In this document: in pieces, positions 53,766-64,000 of the stretch
How positions within the stretch are numbered: the stretch's first letter is position 1
Layout of the letters: every line of letters starts with the position of its first letter
NCBI GenBank assembly: GCA_951406725.2
Contig: OX597820.1
Coordinates: 107,508,001 to 107,572,000, forward strand
Source of the DNA: Octopus vulgaris
Lineage: Eukaryota
DNA length: 64,000 bases
Direction: 5' to 3'
Translations under genes and position numbers: made by a program
The notes under the pieces: generated by a model
Told to the model about the DNA's origin: nothing
Database searches by the model: none
Seen by the model: only the letters and a program-made list of their open reading frames with translations

Positions 53766-56700
53766 AGTTGTTAATAAAAAAAACATTGATATAAATACAC
53801 GCCAACACACTCTCTTTAAGAAACTCGCACAACTACCAATTCTATTATGTATTTGCAGAAATATCTATAGGTAGTTTTTAACCAGTGCACACAGAAATAA
53901 TATAACAAAGGAATTAGGTCTGGACCAAGTTCAAGTTTTGTCTGATTGCTTCAGTTGGTAATTTCTAAATATTTCTGTGAAATTATCATGCCATAAATGT
54001 TTTTATACTCAACAGAACCATTTTTTAAAAACTTTTCCATTGGCTTCCTTAATTCTGAGGTATTTTAGTTAAAATTAAATGTTTTGAAAAAGAAATAGTG
54101 AAACTGTTCATAGTAGGATGGTGTAGCAAAAGATGTTGAGGTAGGAAATGAAACAGGCATGTGAACAACAACAAAGTTAAACAATGGGAAAGCATCAGAT
54201 TGTGGTTTAAATAGTTTATTTAATCAACACTTGTATTTAAGTGTTGTATACACCAGAAAACCCGTTACATGACATTACCAACTTGCTTTGAGTTGGCGAA
54301 GTTGAAAATAAACGGGAAATACTGTATTGATGTGATGAGATAGAACTGGGCACGTTTTGTGTCTGTGTATGCGTTGGTCATTCAGTGGTGTCTGTTTATG
54401 TTCTGCGACTGCTACTGTGTTGGGTTGTTCATGCTGAATATGTGGTTCTATGTTGGCTGCTTGAGTGGCGCAAGTTAACTGCTGGCTGTCTGCTTGTCTC
54501 TTGACCGTTCGCCTGGTGATGGCTATCTGCAATCTCTTGACTGTTTGCCGGTTGATGGCTATCTGGCCCTCTGTCATATGTCTGACAGTATTTATAATGG
54601 TCATGACAGCTAGAAGGACAGACATATGTCAGGAGTAATTTCCACCTATGTAGGTCACCTCCTGTCCACTTGAACCTTAAATGACACAGCTTAGGTTATA
54701 GATCGAAGGGAAATCCATCCATCACTTTTTGACAGGACAAAGAAATTTTTCTTGTGCCTGTTTGGCCAGACGAACAAGAATCCTTAGATTCAGTTTCAAA
54801 TTTCAGCTCGGAAAAAAAGAAAGTGTTAGTTTTTACATGTTCATAAACACATTTCTAAAAAATAAAATTTAAAAAAAAGAAAGAAAACAGAAACAAATTT
54901 GAATTTTTCTTCTTTAACCAGTAAAAACTTTCATTCTTCCATTGTTTGCCTTAGATTTAAATAGATAAAAAAATAAATTTGGTTTTATAGGTATTTCTAA
55001 CCAAATTTAATGCTTTTTCTCCAAATACAGTAAATTTTTCCATTATTCTTCTTTCTTAAATGTAGTTATGTCTTCTCCCATAATCTCCAGTTGATAATAT
55101 CAACATCACCATCATTTAACGTCCATATTCCATGTTGGCATAGGTTGGATGGTTTGACAGATTCCAACAAGTCTGAGGACTACATTACACTCCAAAATCT
55201 ACTTTGACATGTTTTCAACTGCCAGACTACCTTCCTAAGGCCAACCACTTTATACCATATACTGTGCACCCTTTTCAAGCCACAGACACTAGTAAGGCCA
55301 CCATGCAGCCTGCAAGCCTAAGATCTCCTTCAACTAAGTGAGACTACAGTAGAAAGTAGCAGCTTTTTGCTAGGAGATGAGGGGCTAAAGTATGAGAGAA
55401 ATGGGTCAGAACAGAACAGACTTTTTGCTGTAGGTAGAAGAATTGCATGTCTACTCAAATTAGGAGAGAATGGGAGCAGCTGCGATGGGACAGAAAGAGA
55501 TAACAATAATATGTGGGTGGGTGGGTGGCAGGAGAACAAGCAATGTGGGTTGGTAGAGGTTGGAAGAGGATATGGGAGAATGAGATGATTAGATATAGGG
55601 AAGGGGTGAGAGGAAGAATATAATGATGAACAAATGTTGAGGGATGATAAGTAGGGAAGATAAGAGAGAGAGAGAGATGTAGGTGACAACTGTAGAAATG
55701 AAGTAGTTTAACAAATGACCAATGACACACATATGGGTCATAGGAAAGATAGGAAATCGGAGTTGATTGACAATGCAGAAAAATGGAATTTGTGAAAAGC
55801 AGCAGAATAGTAATAATAGAAATAATAACAGGAGGGGGAAGTTGATAACAGTATTTAACAGGTAGTTATTTTATTAACCCTGAAAGGATGAAAAGCAAAG
55901 TCACCTTGGTGAAATTTGAACACACAACACAAAAAGCGAAAAGAAATGCCTCAGCATTTTCTCCAGTGTACTAATGATTCTCCCAGCTCGTCTTATAACA
56001 ATTTCAAATTTTAGCATAAGGCCAGTAAATTTAAGGGAAGGGGTTAGGTTGATACCTGTTTTCAACTGGTTTTATTCTATCAGCCCAGAAAGGATGAACG
56101 GCAAAGTTGACTTTTCAACTCAACATAAATTCATAGGAAATGTCACCAAGCATTTTCTTCAATAACTTATGATTATGCCAGCTTGCCACTATAATAATGA
56201 TTAGTTGAATGAGATTTCGTAGGCAGAAACTGTATGGAAACCAATCATATGTATATGTTTCTATCATCATTGGGTGAACAAAGCTGGTGCATCAAACCAA
56301 AAACACTTAGATTCATTTAAGCCCAACCAAGTTGGCTTCCTTTATGTTGAAGCTGACCTGCTTCTTATAACACTTGAGATCAATAAAACAGATACTAGAC
56401 CAAACACTGGAATCAATATAATCAATTGAAAACATTGAAGGTGGTGCCTCAACATGAACACAGCCTAATAGCTAAAACCAATCAAAGAATATGGTTTTAT
56501 CCAGTAGAAATGGAACTATGCTTGTTAGAATATATTAAATTCTGAAAGCAGAATTGATTGATAATCAGTCAAAATGCCTTGTGGTAATTAGTTACGTCCA
56601 TAACATTCTGAGTTGGAATATACAAAATAAACTATCTTTTAACCTTCTGGTGTTGATAAAACAGACACCACTCATGTACTGCATGTCTATCTTAGAAATT

Positions 56701-57149
56701 AGTGAATGGCAAAATATATCATAGGTTCACATCCTGCTAAGGTCAACTTTACCTTTTATACCCTTCTGGGATTGATAAAACATAACGTACCTGCCGAATA
56801 CTGGAGATGATTTAATCAGTTTTTTCCCACCAATTCTGGTCTCCTACCAGTGTTAGAAATTATTATTATTAAGTTATGGTTATTGCTGTTTACACTGTTG
56901 TCATTGCTTAGCTTCAGAAAAGCTGTTCCAAGTTTTACCCAGAGACCTCAAGTAACATCAAGTTGGACATTTTATTGTAGGTGTTAGTTATGTGTAGCAA
57001 TTACATATTTCCGGGAAAGGAGACCAACTATTGAGAATTAAGATTTCATTAAATGTTTGTTGTAATATTTACATTTTGAAAGCTTTTAAAAAGATACAGA
57101 TATTCTCAGTATTATTATTATTAGACTTCCACCAAATTTCAGGCTTTGT

Positions 57150-60100
57150 GCCTGTTGGGTGATGGAGGAAAAAGACAACAGAAAAAGAAGCAAAAGGGAG
57201 AAAAAAATACAGAGACTTTACCTGTTGACCAAGTGGGATGAGCAATCACTGTCCTTATCGTCAAGAAAAACATCTCCTTCCACACTCGCCATCTCTTATT
57301 GAACTGCCCCACGTGCTTTTTGCCCGCGCATGCCCCCGTGGCTCTTCCACCGGCCCTTGCAGTCCTCACTTCCGTTTACCTCATCTGCAATCTTCTCTAC
57401 CTATACCACATAGCTCATCACAGCCCATAACCCCCCCCCCCCGATCTACAGATCATTCAACCGGCTTTCCCACTCGCTACTCACACCTTAACTGGTTTCA
57501 TAATCAGCCAACCAGGGAGGAGGGGTCGCCGGGACTAGGCTGAGTTCCTGGCATGCTGCTGCTGGCTTCATCATCTTGCCTATCGCTGCTGTCTTCATCT
57601 TCTTGCCCACTGCTGCTAGTTCCATCCTCTGAGGCATGGACAATCTTCCGCATGTCCAAAACCATGGTGTGGTACACCATTGACAGAGATGTTGTTCTTC
57701 AAATTGATGGAGATTATTGTTCCTTTTCCCCATCATGATGTACACCATGCATTTAGGGGTTTTACCCAAACTTCTTCCCCGACCTACACAAAGGCATGCT
57801 CTTTCTCTGCCCCGGGTCGCATTGATGTAGTACACAGATGACTCTACTCGTACCTGAATATTGCCCTGTGTGGCACTGACTCCTCAGCTTGTCCTGACCT
57901 GGGTGACATATTGTACCAAAATATGGCCTCAATTGGTGAAATGTGGCCCCTCTCTGCAATGATCTTGATTGTACGATGATGCCTTTCCACCACCTCATTT
58001 CCGCTTGGCTGGTATGCTGCCCTGAAGAAGAGGCTGACTTGCCACCCATCAAGCATTTCTTTCAGCACCTCCGAGTGAAATGCAGTGCCATTATCCAGAA
58101 GCAGCTCATCCACGGGGCCTCGTTCCTGGAATATCTTATTTAATACTTTCAAGATTTCCTCTGCAGTCCCCGTCTTCATCTCCCTCCATATGGCCAACTG
58201 CCCTGGTCCGCAGTCAACCATTGAGAGGTATGTCCCCTGCCAGTAGTATGTTATGTCCACTGCCAGTTGTTTCCAGTTTTGGTCCACTGAAATACTTCCC
58301 ACCCCATGTACACCTGGAGCAGGGTCGATGGACTGGCACCTGTCACAGTTGCTAACCACTCTCTGCATGCTCTGTCTTGTTACATCAGAGTCGATTTTCC
58401 TGGCTAGGAACAACGTCCTGTCCACCCCCATGTGATGCATGGTATGCAATCTCCTCAACTCAAAGTCACTCAGATGGCATACTGCAGCCACAGCCTGCTC
58501 TGCATCCTCTAGCACCTGCAACCAGGCTCACTTTACCATGGTCAGGACGTCTAGTTCATGCAGTGTCCCCAATCAACATCTCTGCAGCCCCTTTGGTTTA
58601 CACCCTCCACTCATTGGTGATGACTGCCATCACCCAACCAAGTACAGAAATTAGGGCCGAAATGGTACTAATTTCTATGGTGTGCAGCCCCCACTTCAAG
58701 GCTAGGTTCACTCCCTTCAACACGGCATCCAACTCCACCACATGCAGTCATCCATCTTCTTGAGCCAGGCTGCATCTTCCACCACGACGCCTCCCGCTTC
58801 CAAGACAACCTCTATTGCGATGCTACTGGCGACATACCATACGATCCTGCTCTTTGATTTGGGAACATACCAACTGCCCCTCACTGGATCCTCTGCTCTC
58901 AATCCGACCAAGACTTCCTGCATCCTGTCAGTCGTCTTCTTCCCCACTCTATCGTTCCACTTCACTCCTTTGGCTCATCTCTTGATGAAGCTACATGCTG
59001 TCCAGAGCCAACCTGCAATTGGGTAGTGTCCCATCAGCTTCCCACACACTGAGAACAGTTCCCATCTACTCATGCTGGTGCCCAGTTCAGGGATCTCGTT
59101 CCCTCGCCAGAACACCAATGCGCAGCCCTTGTCTCTCCATAGCTTGAGGCCCAGTGCAGCGCCACCTTCCATTGCCTCTGGTGGCTTGGTGATCAGTCCA
59201 AAACTCTTCAGGTGGCCTATGACCTCCGTTGCTGGCATTACAGTTTTATCCACCAGGATGTCATCAATATACGAATTGGTAGCCCTTTTTTACTGTCCAC
59301 CTTTCCCAGGATGACCTTGAGAATTGTTGTCATAATCTTTGGTGCTGCATTTAGCCCGAACCCCAGCCTGGTCAGACAGTATGTCTGACCCTTATACCTG
59401 ACAAGCTGGTACTTCCACAGTCTCTCAGCCACATGCACCTGCAGGTATGCCAACTTCAAATCGACGACCGTGGAGGTCCCTGTCATCTGCCTCCACTCTC
59501 GCAATGTGTCTCCGCAGACATCTGTGGCCTCGCCGCCTGTATGACATGATACGTGGTCGTTCAATTCTTGGAAGTCAAGCACTGGCCTGACCTTATGCTT
59601 TGTGGGCTGTACCTTCGCCATCAGCAGCAGGACTCTGCTCTCTACTACTTCTACCCAAAGGATTAATATGCCCTCCTTAATCCACCTCCCCCTCGAACTC
59701 ACTTGTGGCATCTCCTTTCAGAGTATGCTGATAACAGCCCACTCTATTTTTTTCACGTCGGGGGCTCTCCCTTCCAGTGACACCCCCTAAACGGGAGATT
59801 TCATCCATCCCCATCACCACGTCAATCTCGTCCACCAAGTGGCCAACTACAATTGCTTGCAGCGTCAGCTTTGTTCCCTGCACCACAATCTGTGCATCTG
59901 TAATGCCTTCACAGTGTACCTCTCTTACGTCGACTGCCCTTACACTGCTTTCTCCACTCCACGTTTCTACCACTTCTGGAGTTATCAGGGTCATCATACA
60001 GCCCGTGTCCACAAGGGCTCGTGACATCTTCCCCTCCACCAGAATGTCGACTACAGGTAATGATAAACGTGCATCTATTGATCCAAAGGGATAACTACCG

Positions 60101-61087
60101 GAGCAGTAGTCTCCCTTAGACCGTTTCCCCGCAGACATTCGCTGGCAATATGACCCGTTTCTCGACACCGGTAGCAAATGACCTCAAGCTTGGGTGACTT
60201 GGATTCTCACACCATGTGCGGGCCCTGACACTGGAAACACTGTCCTTTGAATGGTCGCACACGTTCTTTCTTTGACCCCTCTCCACTACTCCTTGCTTGG
60301 CCACTTTTCGTTGCTGCTACCGACGTCATCCTGCAACACGAAACTAGCACGCAAGCCCGAGTTATAATATCTGCCATCGCCATTGAGTTAACATTCGGCA
60401 GCTTTTGCAACTCGACCAACATGTGGTCAGGAAAGCCAATCACAAATGCTAACTTGACCGTCCGGTCCAGTGATTCACCTTCATATCCCACCAGTTTAGC
60501 CAATCTCCTGAGTTCGTTGACAAATACGTCGACCTGTTCGCCGATCCACTTTACTTTCCCCAGGCAAGCGTACGCTTCGAACATTCCATCTGTTTCTAGG
60601 TATAGCGCCAATGCCGAACCATCTAGGTATAGCGGTATAAAACTTGCTAAGTCGTTTATCCCGTGGAGTTTCGCAACCAACTTCATCTTCTTCAACCAAG
60701 TAACTACATCTGTGTCACCGCCAAATGGTTTGATCATATCGTTTGAAATATGGACTACACTGAACATACGTAATTTTTTTTTTTTTTGTTATGGGCCGAA
60801 ATAGCCTGTTGGGTGATGAAGGAAAAAGACAACAGAAAAAGAAGCAAAAGGGAGAAAGAAATACAGAGACTTTACCTGTTGACCAAGGTGGGATGAGCGA
60901 TCACTGTCCTTATCGTCAAGAAAAACATCTCCTTCCACACTCGCCATCTCTTATTGAACTGCCCCACGTGCTCTTTGCCCACGCCTGCCCCCGTGACTCT
61001 TCCACCGGCCCCTGAAGTCCTCACTTCCGTTTACCTCATTTGCAATCTTCTCTACCTACACCACATAGCTCATCACAGCCCATAACA
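57150..61087 (-). mobile_element. Near full-length Ty3/Gypsy LTR retrotransposon (gag-PR-RT-RH-IN, frameshifted)
   Basis: 5' LTR 60787-61087 (TGTTATGGG..CCCATAACA); 3' LTR about 57150-57431 with its outer end clipped; poly-G PPT. Gag has CxxCxxxH, plus ALVDTGC, VRPVLDF..LGFGL, and HHCC integrase. Confidence 0.92.
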
Positions 61088-61396
61088 CTACAAACGTCAC
61101 AGTGCCTATAGTAGAAAGCATTATTATCATTAATTATTATTGTTGTGGTGAGCAGGCAGAATTGTTAAGCCAGACTGATCGCAACTCTGAAAACCATCAG
61201 TGTGTTTGTGTGCGCGCGCGCGCGTGCAAGTAAACGGAGAAAAGTGCCAGTATATTAAGTGGAAACAGGAACATGCCAGGTATATAATTAGTGGGCATCA
61301 AATTTGTAAGTTTTGTAAAGTCGAGCAGCTACACCTTCACACCCTGCATTAATCATTCATTATATAGACGAGTGGGTTGGCATGCATATATATAAA

Positions 61397-61455
61397 TTTA
61401 ACAAAAGCTGTTACTCGGAGTTTCACGTTCCCGTTCGTCGGACAGTTTTGTTAAA
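61397..61455 (-). ncRNA. Minimal type-I hammerhead ribozyme motif (U4C core)
   Basis: UUUAACAAAACUGU-CCGACGA-ACG(GGAA)CGU-GAAA-CUCCGAG-UA^ACAGCUUUUGUUAAA. 14-bp stem I with one bulge. Confidence 0.7.
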
Positions 61456-62139
61456 ATAGAACCGAGATGACAATTTGATAAAAACTAGCATAAACGATAC
61501 ACCTTTAAAAATGGATTTGTTTCATTGGACCTTTCAAATAACGGTCATATGCGAGCGATAAACAAAATAAACAAAACAAAATAAATGAGTTCAATATAAA
61601 ATTATAAAAATCGAGGAAAAACCTTAAATCGAAGAGTTGATTCAAGTACATATCGTCGTTAATCATGTAGAAAATATAATTCGATTAATACAATTAATAA
61701 CATAAAAATTGAAATATTTCACAACAGTTATATACTCATACTAAATCATCAATATACATATATACATCAAAATACACAGATGTGCGCAGACCACATACAT
61801 ATACAGACATATAAATGCAAAGCGAAAATATACACACAAATACATGTACACATATGTATACGCAATTGTGTGTGTGTGTATAGCTGTATATATAGCTGCA
61901 TGGTGAGGAATACTACATTGGGAGTGGTAACGACTAGGGTACTGTAGCTGACTGCTTATTGTGATCATTCGTCTTTTGGTTTCCTGTAGCTTTGCTCTCT
62001 TTTACAAACCCAGTGAACATATATTTTCTATTTCAAAGAAATTCAAACAATAGATATAAGACCCAAGTTAAAAAGATTCTCAACAATTCAACTTCTCTGG
62101 TTGACATTAAGATGCCCACCCCCAATAGGGGCCTTAACT

Positions 62140-62404
62140 CTCACATTTTAGAGCTACGTGACCTCCATTCTTCAGGAGCAAAATCCTTTTAACAGGTTCT
62201 ATAAGACTGGAATTTTGGAATATGCGCATAAAAATCATTTGGCACGATTACAACTTTGTTTGGGTGTGTAAAGAGAGAAATAACTCATCTGCACTCCTGA
62301 TGAAATTCAAAACATTGCTATTCCAGTTCATTACAGAAAATATAACAGAAAAGTCTAATTCTTCAATTGTGTGTAACTCGGGCAATGCCGGGTAACTCTG
62401 CTAG
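62140..62404 (+). mobile_element. Helitron 3' fragment
   Basis: Closely matches 41697-41957 and ends ctcgggcaatgccgggtaactctgCTAG|T. Confidence 0.75.
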
Positions 62405-62889
62405 TATATACATATCATCATCATCATGGTTTAACGTCCGTTTTCCATGCTAGTATAAAAATAGGATCACATGCGGTCGTATCGTATAGGGAATACAATC
62501 GCACGCGACCCCATTCTTAATGAAGTATTACAGACCAGATAATACATACAGTGGCAATTGAACATAAGTGGAATGACAACAAGATTTCTTTTTGAGATAT
62601 ATACATTATTTATTCTACATATTTTACAATCATGTTGGTTGGAAGTTTGTAAGTGTTAGCATGTTTTTGTGTCTGTGTGTTCGTGAGGCATAAAAGGTGC
62701 TGACCAGAGAAATAACAATGGAATTCGGTTCACAGTTCATGTTGTTGGTATCAGCCTAGCAACAGGTAGTAGCAGATGGCTTGGTTCGACCGGGGTCTGG
62801 GAAGCCAGGAGGCTGCACCAGGCTCCCAGTCTGATCTGGCAGTGTTTCTACAGCTGGACGCCCTTCCGAAAACCAACCACATATTTATA

Positions 62890-62943
<54 letters not shown>

Positions 62944-62944
62944 C

Positions 62945-62995
62945 TTTGTCAGTGAACAGGTCGCGGTCTCAAAGCGACGAAAATATTTTGACAAA
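62945..62995 (+). ncRNA. Minimal type-I hammerhead-like motif with a G3:C8-swapped core
   Basis: UUUGUCA-GUGAACA-G-GUCGC(GGUCUCAAA)GCGAC-GAA-AAUAUU-U^UGACAAA. Confidence 0.65.
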
Positions 62996-63067
62996 TCAAA
63001 TTTATATGTTGAAGTGAATCTAACGGTTTTGAGTGTTTATTAAATGGTTTATAAGCACCTTCCATGC

Positions 63068-63113
<46 letters not shown>

Positions 63114-63259
63114 TATAGGTACGAAATATTCAGGCTGAATACTTGATAACTGTAAGCACCTGTATATGCCAGCTAGTGGTGTAGGTAATAGGATATATTT
63201 ATCAAAAGAAAAACAGGATGCAAAGGATTTTGTAGTAATCCTTTGCATCCTATATATGC

Positions 63260-63306
<47 letters not shown>

Positions 63307-63366
63307 CATATACATACATATATATATATATACATATATATATATAACCATATATATATATATACA

Positions 63367-63750
63367 TGGAGTGGCTGTGTGGTAAGTAGCTTGTTTACCA
63401 ACCACATGGTTCCGGATTCAGTCCCACTGCGTAGCACCTTGGGTAAGTGTCTTCTACTATAAGCCTCGGGTCGACCAAAGCCTTGTGAGTGGATTTGGTA
63501 GACGGAAACTGAAAGAAGCACGTCGTATATATGTACATATATATATATATGTGTCTGTGTTTGTCCCCCTAGCATTGCTTGACAACCGATGCTGGTGTGT
63601 TTATGTCCCTGTTACCTAGCGGTTCGGCAAAAGAGACCGATAGAATAAGTACTGGGCTTACAAAAGAATAAGTCGCGGGGTCGAGTTGCTCGATTAAAGG
63701 CGGTGCTCCAACATGGCCGCAGTCAAATGACTGAAACAAGTAAAAGAGTA
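63367..63750 (+). mobile_element. tRNA-derived CORE-like SINE, full length
   Basis: tggctgtgtggtaag (A box), ggattcagtccc (B box), caccttgggtaagtg, and a gactgaaacaagtaaaagagta tail. Confidence 0.85.
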
Positions 63751-63784
63751 TACATATATATATACATACATATATATATACATG

Positions 63785-64000
63785 CTAACAGCATAACTCG
63801 GCCTTGCCCGGGATTAAGTTACGATTATTAAGCTAATCAAGTTCTTTATTTCAAACCAAACTAAGTAATATAGATGTCAAATTTGGGCGAAATCCATTGA
63901 AATTAGTAATATTATATATATATTATATCTTTATATATAAAAGTGAAGTTGTGTGTCTGTCTCCTACGATTTAGATTCCTAACTACTCCCACATTTTGCG
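63785..64000. mobile_element. Helitron ends: a - strand 3' hairpin at 63785 and the start of a + strand copy at about 63928
   Basis: Reverse complement cccgggcaaggccgagttatgctgttag, and A|TCtttatatataaaagtgaagttgtgtgtctgtc. Confidence 0.55.

Noticed and set aside
54275-54625. 116-aa ORF with a 36-bp tandem duplication
   Set aside because: No recognisable domain or splice signals; probably an LTR-like fragment.
62297-62315. ctgatgaaattcaaaac near the Helitron 3' end (gatgaaattcgaaac at 41854)
   Set aside because: No convincing stems and neither copy has both core halves.

Overview
This is AT-rich, repeat-dense eukaryotic DNA. The SINE and RTE repeat families and the long (TA)n/(CA)n tracts point to an octopus or other coleoid cephalopod (inference). 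One host gene can be fully reconstructed on the + strand: a GILT/IFI30 lysosomal thiol reductase with six coding exons (3044-21078), all introns phase 0 and GT-AG, 253 aa, a CPDC active site and the CQHGx2ECx2Nx4C signature. A CpG-rich promoter-like segment with ETS sites lies at about 270-450. The rest is mostly decayed mobile DNA: three Ty3/Gypsy LTR elements, two full-length mariners, RTE LINEs, Penelope-like elements, Helitrons, SINEs and MITEs. The most unusual signal is a set of minimal type-I hammerhead ribozyme folds with different catalytic cores, including a G3:C8-swapped core at 62945-62995, a U4C core at 61397-61455, and a pair inside a ~490-bp inverted repeat. Also notable are a cluster of three foldback hairpins just downstream of GILT and several readable DNA-repair scars: a 104-bp patch copied from a neighbouring LINE, TTAGGG repeats at an inversion junction, and a palindrome at a Gypsy deletion junction.
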